Positions 1 through 7,063 of a DNA stretch of 64,000 bases are shown here, piece after piece (the first letter of the stretch is position 1; every line of letters begins with the position of its first letter). A model generated the notes under the pieces. It was not told the DNA's origin and made no database searches. It saw nothing but the letters and a program-made list of their open reading frames with translations. Position numbers and translations under genes: made by a program. The stretch lies in the NCBI RefSeq assembly GCF_054482525.1, contig NZ_CM137006.1; one strand, written 5' to 3'.

Positions 1-1
1 C

Positions 2-268
2 AATACTCAGAAAATTTTCCGCTGGGTGGAGAAAGACACCCCTGATGCGGTTAAAAAAATTCAGGCGTTGTTACCAGCTATCGAAAAAGCAATGCCACCT
101 CTGCTGGTGGCCCGAATGCGCAGTCATAGCTCAGCCTATTTTCGGGAACTAGTGGAGACGCGGGAACGACTGGTGAGAGACGCTGATGATTTTGTCGCAG
201 TGGCGATCGCTGGTTTCAACCAGATGAATCGTGGTGGCCCTGCAGGAAATATTGTGGCTGTGCATTGA
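2..268 (+). CDS. YdaT-like (CII-type) early regulatory protein, C-terminal part; 5' end outside window
   Basis: Frame is open from the window edge (NTQKIFRWVEKD...) to the stop at 266-268. The KIQALLPAIEK block and the ...NIVAVH tail recall the Rac YdaT family (from memory, not aligned). It lies directly upstream of the replication gene. Confidence 0.5.
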   Translation, partial: NTQKIFRWVEKDTPDAVKKIQALLPAIEKAMPPLLVARMRSHSSAYFRELVETRERLVRDADDFVAVAIAGFNQMNRGGPAGNIVAVH

Positions 269-339
269 CTCGCAATATTCATACCGGATCACTTCCGGCA
301 ATTTGTGAGTAAAAAGATTCGGTATCAAAAGAGGTGAGT

Positions 340-1410
340 ATGGCTAACGCCTGGCTCAGATTATGGCATGACATGCCAAATGACCCTAAGTGGCGAACAA
401 TTGCCAGGGTGTCAGGGCAGCCAATTGCAACAGTGATGGCAGTGTATATCCACCTCCTGGTGAGCGCGTCACGAAATGTCACGCGAGGTCACATTGATGT
501 CACGACAGAAGATTTGGCAAGTGCGCTCGACGTGACAGAAGAGGTAATTGATTCAATTTTGCAGACGATGCAGGGGCGGGTACTTGATGGTGATTTAATC
601 ACTGGATGGGAAAAACGCCAGGTGCTTAAAGAGGACAACGGCAATATTTCGCAAACCGCAAAATCTCCTGCAGAGCGCAAGAGGGCGCAGCGAGAGAGGG
701 AAAGAAAGCGGGAACAAAATGGCGATTGTCACGGCGCGTCACGAAATGTCACGCACATGTCACGACGAGTCACGACAGATAAAGATACAGATAAAGATAC
801 AGATCAAGAAGATCAAAACACTATGGTCCATGGCGTAAAAAACGCCACGAACCAGGCAGGGGATGTTCAGACCGTCAATCCTGGTCAGCCAGCAGGCACG
901 ACACCGGAAGCCGATTCAGCGTATGCGCTGAAAGCCGATTCGGGCGCTGTGCAGCAGGTGATGACCGCAAGGCCGGAGCAATCACACCAACTGCAGCAGC
1001 CTGAAGCCGATTCCGCCATTCAGCGGGAAGCCGATCGGGTAGTCCCGGAAAGCACCGGGCAGTCTGTGGGACGAGTGGATTATCCGGATGTGTTCGAACA
1101 GGTCTGGCGGGAGTACCCGTTGCGTGCTGGGGCAAACCCGAAGAAATCCGCTTTCAGTGCTTGGAAGGCCAGATTACGCGAGGGGGTGCCACCAGAGGCC
1201 ATGCTGGATGGCGTGAGGCGTTACGCAAGATACTTGGCGGCTACCGGGAAAACGGGAACGGAATTTGTTCAGCGAGCGACGACGTTTTTTGGACCGGATC
1301 GGAATTTTGAGAACCCCTGGTTGCTCCCGGTAAGCGGCACGAACAACCAGCGTTGTGTGAATCATATTTCTGAACCGGATAACGAAATTCCGCCGGGCTT
1401 CAGGGGGTAA
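340..1410 (+). CDS. phage replication initiator / replisome-organizer-like protein containing the origin repeats
   Basis: ORF track gives 334..1410. The ATG at 340 follows AAGAGG by 6 nt. The N-terminus MANAWLRLWHDMPNDPKWR is typical of lambdoid replication proteins. Iteron clusters lie inside the gene, as in lambda O. Confidence 0.65.
   Translation: MANAWLRLWHDMPNDPKWRTIARVSGQPIATVMAVYIHLLVSASRNVTRGHIDVTTEDLASALDVTEEVIDSILQTMQGRVLDGDLITGWEKRQVLKEDNGNISQTAKSPAERKRAQRERERKREQNGDCHGASRNVTHMSRRVTTDKDTDKDTDQEDQNTMVHGVKNATNQAGDVQTVNPGQPAGTTPEADSAYALKADSGAVQQVMTARPEQSHQLQQPEADSAIQREADRVVPESTGQSVGRVDYPDVFEQVWREYPLRAGANPKKSAFSAWKARLREGVPPEAMLDGVRRYARYLAATGKTGTEFVQRATTFFGPDRNFENPWLLPVSGTNNQRCVNHISEPDNEIPPGFRG
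466..506. repeat. iteron cluster 1: GTCAC(G) motifs at 468, 478, 488, 499 (10-11 bp phasing)
   Basis: The exact 19-mer GCGTCACGAAATGTCACGC at 466-484 is repeated at 736-754. An inverted CGTGAC lies at 531-536. Confidence 0.7.
728..776. repeat. iteron cluster 2: GTCACG motifs at 728, 738, 748, 759, 769 (10-11 bp phasing)
   Basis: Contains the second copy of the 19-mer (736-754), followed by GTCACGACGAGTCACGAC. Confidence 0.7.
778..819. repeat. AT-rich tandem repeat next to the iterons (possible unwinding element)
   Basis: GATAAAGATACA occurs twice (778-789, 790-801). It is followed by GATCAAGAA and GATCAAAAC, giving two GATC sites at 802 and 811. Confidence 0.55.
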
Positions 1411-1450
1411 GTGTTAATTTCTGGTCATGAGGTAATTTTCAGGAGGGCTT

Positions 1451-1876
1451 GTGGCAAAAGTTTTTACACAAGAAGAGCGGGAAAAAATTAAAGGGCAGGT
1501 TGTTGAACTTGTACGTCTGAGCGGTCGCGAGACGTTGCGGCAACTGGAAGCCAGGACAGGTGCGACAAGATATCTGATGAGTGTTCTCGCCAGAGAGCTG
1601 GTTGCCAGTGGCGATGTATACAACTCTGGTTACGGGTTATTCCCGTCTGAACAGGCGCGTAAGGACTGGCAAAATGCTCGCAAAAAACTCTCAAGGGCAA
1701 AGGTGAAGAAACCTGCAGTGGTTGATCCGGACCTTATCTGGTCGTTACCAGACGGCGAAATACGCCGCTACGACAGGCGCCTGAATATAATCTGTCGCGA
1801 GTGCCGGAAGAGCGAAGCTATGCAGCGTGTACTGGCATTTTATCAAGGAAATGTTAGGTATTTTAGACGTTACTAG
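1451..1876 (+). CDS. early-region protein, possibly DUF977/YdaW-like with an N-terminal winged-helix (family call uncertain)
   Basis: 141-aa ORF with a GTG start 8 nt after AGGAGGG. It occupies the position that ydaW holds in Rac-type early operons. No AAA/helicase-loader motifs are visible. Confidence 0.55.
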   Translation: MAKVFTQEEREKIKGQVVELVRLSGRETLRQLEARTGATRYLMSVLARELVASGDVYNSGYGLFPSEQARKDWQNARKKLSRAKVKKPAVVDPDLIWSLPDGEIRRYDRRLNIICRECRKSEAMQRVLAFYQGNVRYFRRY

Positions 1877-2029
1877 ATTAAAGAGCATTAGTTCAGATGT
1901 GAATTGACATTTTCATGGCGCAGGGTAGAGCCAGCGTGGTTGTCCGCTTTGCGTCAAAACCAGATATTACCAGATTTAGACATATATTCCCGATAGACCT
2001 GCTCTGATGCTACACTCTGTGCTATTTTC

Positions 2030-2716
2030 ATGACCCCAATAAAAATATTTATGACTATTGCTGATTTCAAACGGCCTAAATTGGAGCTCCCAAACGGGGC
2101 AAACAAACTACTACTGCACTCTTGCTGTGCTCCATGTTCCGGTGAAGTGATGGAGGCGCTTCAGGCCTCGGGAATCGACTACACCATCTTTTTCTACAAC
2201 CCGAACATTCATCCTCAGAAAGAGTATTTAATTCGTAAGGATGAAAATATTCGCTTTGCTGAACAACACGGCGTGCCGTTTATCGATGCTGATTACGACA
2301 CCGACAACTGGTTTGAACGTGCCAAAGGAATGGAATGGGAGCCTGAGAGGGGGATCCGTTGTACCATGTGTTTTGACATGCGTTTTGAGCGGACAGCGTT
2401 GTACGCTGCTGAAAATGGTTTCAGTGTGATCAGCAGTTCACTGGGCATTTCACGCTGGAAAAATATGCAGCAGGTTAACGAGTGTGGGCGGCGAGCTGTT
2501 GCGCATTATCCGGGTATGGTGTACTGGGATTATAACTGGCGCAAGCAGGGCGGCTCGTCCCGTATGATTGAAATCAGCAAGCGCGAAAAATTCTATCAGC
2601 AGGAATATTGTGGCTGTGTGTATTCTCTGCGCGATACCAATCTACACCGCAAATCTCAGGGACGCCCTCTTATCAAAATTGGCCAACTCCACTACGGAAA
2701 AGAAGAGAAGGAGTGA
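2030..2716 (+). CDS. queH: QueH-family (DUF208) epoxyqueuosine reductase homologue, prophage moron
   Basis: Shows the cysteine motifs [18 protein letters not shown] and QEYCGCVYS in the order characteristic of DUF208/QueH. An alternative start is the ATG at 2051. A 150-bp intergenic region with promoter-like TTGACA (1905-1910) lies upstream. Confidence 0.75.
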   Translation: MTPIKIFMTIADFKRPKLELPNGANKLLLHSCCAPCSGEVMEALQASGIDYTIFFYNPNIHPQKEYLIRKDENIRFAEQHGVPFIDADYDTDNWFERAKGMEWEPERGIRCTMCFDMRFERTALYAAENGFSVISSSLGISRWKNMQQVNECGRRAVAHYPGMVYWDYNWRKQGGSSRMIEISKREKFYQQEYCGCVYSLRDTNLHRKSQGRPLIKIGQLHYGKEEKE

Positions 2717-2748
2717 TTTTATGGATCACCTTTCTGATTGATTTTATA

Positions 2749-2777
2749 TTGGCGAGGTAACGGGAGTTAAGTAGAAT
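2749..2777 (+). promoter_or_regulatory. putative hok mRNA promoter (-35 TTGGCG, 17-bp spacer, -10 TAGAAT)
   Basis: The hexamers were read directly. The downstream leader GGGTGCTTGAGGCTATCTGTCTCAGGCATGA resembles the 5' end of hok-family mRNAs. Confidence 0.45.
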
Positions 2778-2833
2778 GGCTGCGGGTGCTTGAGGCTATC
2801 TGTCTCAGGCATGAACACCAAAGGCAGATAGAG

Positions 2834-2904
2834 AAAAGCCCCAGTTAACATTACGCGTCCTGCAAGACGCTTAACATTAATCTGAGGCTCAATCTATGAA
2901 CGGC
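2834..2904 (-). ncRNA. sok: putative Sok-like antisense RNA (ends approximate)
   Basis: A minus-strand promoter is readable: TTGCCT (2939-2934), 17-bp spacer, TAACCT (2916-2911). The predicted RNA covers the mok start region. A long stem AGCCTCAG/CTGGGGCT is followed by CTTTTC. Confidence 0.4.
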
Positions 2905-3108
2905 AAATCTAGGTTAGCCTCTTACGTGCCGAAAGGCAAGGAGAAGCAGGCTATGAAGCAGCAAAAGGCGATGTTAATCGCCCTGATCGTCATCTGTTTA
3001 ACCGTCATTGTGACGGCACTGGTAACGAGGAAAGACCTCTGCGAGGTACGAATCCGAACCGGCCAGACGGAGGTCGCTGTCTTCACAGCTTACGAACCTG
3101 AGGAGTAA
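2896..3108 (+). CDS. mok: mok-like in-frame N-terminally extended reading frame of the hok toxin
   Basis: 70-aa ORF with the same architecture as MokC/HokC, i.e. an in-frame extension. Confidence 0.55.
   Translation: MNGKSRLASYVPKGKEKQAMKQQKAMLIALIVICLTVIVTALVTRKDLCEVRIRTGQTEVAVFTAYEPEE
2953..3108 (+). CDS. hok: Hok/Gef-family type I membrane toxin (51 aa)
   Basis: MKQQKAMLIALIVICLTVIVTALVTRKDLCEVRIRTGQTEVAVFTAYEPEE is close to HokC/Gef as recalled from memory. Confidence 0.85.
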   Translation: MKQQKAMLIALIVICLTVIVTALVTRKDLCEVRIRTGQTEVAVFTAYEPEE

Positions 3109-3177
3109 GAGACCTGGCGGGGGAGAAATCCCTCGCCACCTCTGATGTGTCAGGCATCCTCAACGCACCCGCACTTA

Positions 3178-3198
3178 ACCCGCTTCGGCGTTTTTTCC
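3178..3198 (+). terminator. degenerate terminator copy at the hok mRNA 3' end (ACCCGCTTCGGCG-TTTTTTCC)
   Basis: Only a 3-bp stem remains. It matches the intact terminator at 3843-3868 apart from a 2-3 nt deletion. Confidence 0.3.
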
Positions 3199-3251
3199 GT
3201 TGATTAACTCTAGTTATTAGAGAACCGAACTTTTATTGATGGGGCAGGGAG

Positions 3252-3644
3252 ATGAAGAAACTTGTTTTAGTCGCAGGTGTAATGATTGCAACAGTAATGT
3301 TGGGAGGGTGTGCAGCAAAGATCGATCCAGCGTTGAAAGCAGAAGCAATGAAGCCACTAACATGTAATGATGAAAAGCAATGTGACTTTTATTGGAAACG
3401 AGCGCAATTCTGGTTGGCTAATAATTCCTCATGGAAAATTCAAACGGCGACAGACACGCTAATTTCCACTTATAATCCCTCTCCAAATAGTCCATTCCTC
3501 GCTTATCAAGTGAGTAAAATGCCAAATGAAGATGGATCCTCAAGAATTTTCATCAAGCCTTTTTGCGATAATATGTTTGGCTGTCAACCAAACCCCTATC
3601 AGGCAGTTGTTTCCTTTAAAAACTTCGTTAAAACAGGGCAGTAG
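3252..3644 (+). CDS. lipoprotein of unknown function (moron)
   Basis: Has a signal peptide with the lipobox LGG|C (MKKLVLVAGVMIATVMLGGCA). GGGAG lies 2 nt before the ATG. The segment is visibly AT-rich. Confidence 0.75.
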   Translation: MKKLVLVAGVMIATVMLGGCAAKIDPALKAEAMKPLTCNDEKQCDFYWKRAQFWLANNSSWKIQTATDTLISTYNPSPNSPFLAYQVSKMPNEDGSSRIFIKPFCDNMFGCQPNPYQAVVSFKNFVKTGQ

Positions 3645-3842
3645 TGTATAGCTTGGACGATAAATTATTAGTGAAAACGCCGTAAACCCTCACCCAATGT
3701 GGACTAAGTCTATCAAACATGACTGTGATGATTAGTCCGTAGTTGTTGTCTATGAAATCTGGATTGAGTCAGGGTTTAATCCAATAATTATTCTATCGTT
3801 CCTTTACAAGTCCGGTATATTACTTTCAGTTTGTTTTAGCAT

Positions 3843-3868
3843 ACCCGCTTCGGCGGGTTTTGTTTTTT
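3843..3868 (+). terminator. intrinsic terminator (ACCCGC-TTCG-GCGGGT + T-run)
   Basis: 6-bp GC stem, UUCG tetraloop and a T-rich tail. Confidence 0.75.
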
Positions 3869-3940
3869 CCTGGCATTCTGGTTTACAATTCGCACGCCAG
3901 CCTGAACAACTGGCACCTGCTGCGCCAGCAGAGACAACCG

Positions 3941-4219
3941 ATGGCGCACGATACCAAATTACACAATTCTGATGATTCTGCCGTCTTTGCCAGCAGGCAC
4001 GGGCGGCGTTCCCGCACTTTCAAATCTGACTGGTTCCAGCATGACCCATGTACTGAAGAACAGGCCGAATGGCTAATTCATAACTATCGCAGACGCGGAT
4101 ACGAGATTAAGAAAGCCCTCAGCCTCGATTATCGTCACTGGATAATCTATGTCAGGCTCCCTTATTCCGAACGCCCACCGCGCCCATCCCGCACATACCA
4201 GCAACGGATCTGGAGGTAA
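3941..4219 (+). CDS. hypothetical NinR-region protein (92 aa)
   Basis: The ORF track start at 3860 (TTG) lies inside the terminator, so the ATG at 3941 is preferred. The stop TAA at 4217-4219 abuts the next gene's GTG. Confidence 0.5.
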   Translation: MAHDTKLHNSDDSAVFASRHGRRSRTFKSDWFQHDPCTEEQAEWLIHNYRRRGYEIKKALSLDYRHWIIYVRLPYSERPPRPSRTYQQRIWR

Positions 4220-4220
4220 C

Positions 4221-5270
4221 GTGCGGATATTACTTCGACCTGTTCTGGTACCGGAACTCGGGCTGGTGGTCCTTAGGCCGGGCCGTGAATCCATGCAAGT
4301 ATTTCATAACCCTCGAGTGCTGGTGGAGCCTGAACCGAAAAGCATGCGCGGTCTGCCGTCCGGAGTCGTCCCTGCCGTTCGCCAGCCGCTGGCGGAGGAT
4401 AAATCATTACTGCCATTTTTCAGCGATGAGCGGGTGATTCGTGCTGCTGGCGGCGCTGGGGCGCTGTCTGACTGGCTGTTGCGTCATGTCAAATCCTGCC
4501 AGTGGCCTCATGGTGACTATCATCACAGTGAAATCGTCATACATCGTTACGGTACCAGCGCGATGGTGTTGTGCTGGCACTGCGACAACCAGTTGCGTGA
4601 CCAGACATCCGAATCACTCGGGCAACTTGCTCATCAAAACCTGTCAGCATGGATGATTGACGTCATACGCCATGCAATGAATGGCACGCAGGAGCGGGAA
4701 TTGTCGCTGGCTGAATTATCTTGGTGGGCGGTCTGCAATCAGGTGGCGGACGCGCTTCCGGAGGCAGTATTACGTCGTTCTCTGGGGGTACGTGCGGAAA
4801 AAATCCGCTCCTTGTACCGCGAAAGCGACATCGTACCGGGAGAGCAGACCGCCACCAGCATACTGAAGCAGCGCACAAAAAATCTTGCGCCGTTGCCTCA
4901 TGCCCACCAGCAACAGAACCCACCACAGGAAAAGACGGTGGTATGCATCACCGTTGATCCGGAGTCTCCGGAATCTTTCATGAGGCGACCTAAACGTCGC
5001 CGTTGGCTAAATGAGAAATATACGCGCTGGGTGAAGACACAGCCGTGTGCGTGTTGTGGTCAGCCAGCCGACGATCCCCATCACCTGATTGGTCACGGTC
5101 AGGGAGGGATGGGAACAAAGGCCCACGATATTTTCACGCTACCGTTGTGCCGGGAACATCACAACGAACTTCATGCGGATCCGCTGGCGTTCGAAGAAAA
5201 GCATGGTTCCCAGGTTGATTTAATTTTTCGTTTTCTTGATCACGCCTTTGCAACCGGCGTGCTCGGGTAA
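4221..5270 (+). CDS. DUF968 (YdfU-like) protein with a C-terminal HNH-like Cys/His motif
   Basis: The GTG at 4221 follows GGAGGTAAC. The C-terminus reads CACCGQPADDPHHLIGHGQGGMGTKAHD...LCREHHNELH. The gene precedes rusA, as in Qin/Rac-type prophages. Confidence 0.7.
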   Translation: MRILLRPVLVPELGLVVLRPGRESMQVFHNPRVLVEPEPKSMRGLPSGVVPAVRQPLAEDKSLLPFFSDERVIRAAGGAGALSDWLLRHVKSCQWPHGDYHHSEIVIHRYGTSAMVLCWHCDNQLRDQTSESLGQLAHQNLSAWMIDVIRHAMNGTQERELSLAELSWWAVCNQVADALPEAVLRRSLGVRAEKIRSLYRESDIVPGEQTATSILKQRTKNLAPLPHAHQQQNPPQEKTVVCITVDPESPESFMRRPKRRRWLNEKYTRWVKTQPCACCGQPADDPHHLIGHGQGGMGTKAHDIFTLPLCREHHNELHADPLAFEEKHGSQVDLIFRFLDHAFATGVLG

Positions 5271-5282
5271 AAGAGGTTACTG

Positions 5283-5642
5283 ATGCGTATAGAGTTTGTT
5301 TTGCCTTATCCGCCGACGGTGAATACTTACTGGCGACGTCGTGGCAACACATATTTTGTATCAAAAGTCGGTGAGCGTTATCGCCGTGATGTGGCACTAA
5401 TTGTTCGCCAGCAGCGGTTGAAATTAAACCTGTCCGGAAGGCTGGCAATAAAAATTATTGCAGAGCCACCGGATAAGCGCCGCCGCGACCTGGACAATAT
5501 CCTGAAGGCACCACTGGATGCGCTGACGCATGCCGGACTTCTCATAGACGACGAGCAGTTTGATGAAATCAATATTGTGCGCGGACTGCCTGTTCCTGGT
5601 GGTCGGCTGGGGATAAAAATCACAGAACTGGAGTGCGCATGA
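5283..5642 (+). CDS. rusA: RusA Holliday-junction resolvase
   Basis: Motifs PPTVNTYW and PDKRRRDLDNILKAPLDALTHAGLLIDDEQ match RusA. Confidence 0.85.
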   Translation: MRIEFVLPYPPTVNTYWRRRGNTYFVSKVGERYRRDVALIVRQQRLKLNLSGRLAIKIIAEPPDKRRRDLDNILKAPLDALTHAGLLIDDEQFDEINIVRGLPVPGGRLGIKITELECA

Positions 5643-6328
5643 ATAACCAGTATTTACAGTTTGTGCGTGAGCAGCTCATTATCGCCACCGCTGATTTGAG
5701 TGGGGCAACAAAAGGTCAGCTTGAAGCCTGGCAAGAGAATGCCATGTTCGATACAGGGCGTTACAGGCGAAAAAAAATCCGGTACCGCGATGAAGTGACT
5801 GGAAAAATGATAACGCGGGATAATCCACCAATCCCGGGAAAGCAATCGCTGGCGAAGGGGACGTCAATTCCTCTGGTCAGTCCGGTTGAGTTTTCGACAT
5901 CATCGTGGCGGCGGGCTGTTTTGTCTCTTGAAGAACATCATAAAGCCTGGTTGTTGTGGTGTTACAGCGGGAGTATTTGTTGGGAATATCAGATCGCGAT
6001 AACACAGTGGGCGTGGAATGAATTTAATACTCAATCCGGTACCAGAAAAATTGCAGGGAAAACGCAGGAACGCCTGAAAAAATTAATCTGGCTGGCGGCG
6101 CAGGCAGTAAAAGCAGAACTTTTTGGTGGGGAAGGTTATGAATACCAGGAGCTGGCATTACTGGCGGGAGTGACAACTAAAAACTGGTCCAAAACATTTA
6201 CTCGTCACTGGGTTGCAATGAAACACATTTTTCACCGACTTGATAGTGAGGCTTTATTGTTTGTAATGAGAACACGTTCAAAACAAAAGGCGGCATTTTC
6301 AAAGCAAAGTATTGCAAAAGTAGATTGA
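5639..6328 (+). CDS. late-gene antiterminator Q (QuuQ/phage-82 type)
   Basis: The ATG at 5639 overlaps the rusA stop (ATGA). Length and position are right for Q: after rusA and before pR'-tR', the tRNAs and the lysis genes. Confidence 0.7.
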   Translation: MNNQYLQFVREQLIIATADLSGATKGQLEAWQENAMFDTGRYRRKKIRYRDEVTGKMITRDNPPIPGKQSLAKGTSIPLVSPVEFSTSSWRRAVLSLEEHHKAWLLWCYSGSICWEYQIAITQWAWNEFNTQSGTRKIAGKTQERLKKLIWLAAQAVKAELFGGEGYEYQELALLAGVTTKNWSKTFTRHWVAMKHIFHRLDSEALLFVMRTRSKQKAAFSKQSIAKVD

Positions 6329-6340
6329 AAGGCATATATT
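6312..6340 (+). promoter_or_regulatory. putative late promoter pR' (-35 TTGCAA, 17 bp, -10 TATATT)
   Basis: Hexamers read at 6312-6317 and 6335-6340. A terminator lies about 55 nt downstream, analogous to lambda pR'/6S RNA/tR'. Confidence 0.55.
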
Positions 6341-6393
6341 TCATGCAAATCTGATATTTTGCCGATTTTGTACGTGATGGCAAAAGCAAACAA

Positions 6394-6418
6394 AACCCGC
6401 CCACAAGCGGGTTTTTTG
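6394..6418 (+). terminator. tR'-like intrinsic terminator (AACCCGC-CCACAA-GCGGGTT + T6)
   Basis: 7-bp stem followed by a T-run. Confidence 0.8.
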
Positions 6419-6522
6419 TGCCACTTATCTCGGATAGACATGGTGAATGCGCTAGTGGAGGAGATAAGGGTGATTTTTGAATGCTTGCAACATTGATTTC
6501 GTAACGTTATTATCCTGCGCCC

Positions 6523-6598
6523 GGCCCTTTAGCTCAGTGGTGAGAGCGAGCGACTCATAATCGCCAGGTCGCTGGTTCAAATCCAGCAAGGGCCACCA
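6523..6598 (+). tRNA. ileZ: tRNA-Ile2 type (anticodon CAT, ileX/ileZ-like)
   Basis: Cloverleaf is readable. CAT lies at 6556-6558. The sequence is very close to E. coli ileX as recalled, and CCA is encoded. Confidence 0.8.
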
Positions 6599-6599
6599 G

Positions 6600-6676
6600 C
6601 CGCCACTAGCTCATCAGGAAAGAGCGTCAACCCTTTAAGTTGAGTGTGCGAGGTTCGAGTCCCCGGTGGCGGTCCA
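6600..6676 (+). tRNA. noncanonical tRNA-like gene: anticodon loop CCTTTAA (nominal UUU, C at position 33), C1-G72, U73
   Basis: Acceptor stem CCGCCAC/GTGGCGG is 7/7. D stem is GCTC/GAGC. Anticodon stem TCAAC/GTTGA is 5/5. T stem CGAGG/CCCCG has one A-C mismatch. The T loop is TTCGAGT and CCA is encoded. Confidence 0.6.
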
Positions 6677-6678
6677 GT

Positions 6679-6754
<76 letters not shown>

Positions 6755-6757
6755 TAT

Positions 6758-6832
<75 letters not shown>

Positions 6833-6838
6833 GTTAGA

Positions 6839-6884
6839 GTCTTTCAGTCTGCGATGATGGGAAATCCCGGAGTGACTGAAAGAC
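6839..6884. repeat. perfect 11-bp inverted repeat (GTCTTTCAGTC / GACTGAAAGAC) with a 24-nt loop
   Basis: Read directly. Arms are at 6839-6849 and 6874-6884. Confidence 0.8.
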
Positions 6885-6891
6885 GTTTAAG

Positions 6892-6963
6892 TTATGAATG
6901 ATCGCTTTTTTTGCAAAATTGCTGTGCAGAAATACTAACCTTCGGGCAGGCGATCATTCATAA
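6892..6963. repeat. perfect 14-bp inverted repeat (TTATGAATGATCGC / GCGATCATTCATAA) with a 44-nt spacer
   Basis: Read directly. Arms are at 6892-6905 and 6950-6963. Arm 1 is followed by T7. Confidence 0.8.
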
Positions 6964-7038
6964 GCACTCTGCTTTTATTCCGATTAACTGTGGGTGGTTT
7001 GTTGGATAGAGTGCTTCCCTTACTGTATATATCGTTTC

Positions 7039-7063
7039 GCCCGCTTTTGCGGGTTTTTCTTTT
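7039..7063 (+). terminator. intrinsic terminator (GCCCGC-TTTT-GCGGGT + T-run) upstream of the holin
   Basis: GC stem plus TTTTTCTTTT. Confidence 0.7.

Noticed and set aside
3860-3940. TTG start at 3860 proposed by the ORF track for the 119-aa ORF
   Set aside because: The first codons lie inside the T-tail of the terminator at 3843-3868. The ATG at 3941 is the more plausible start.
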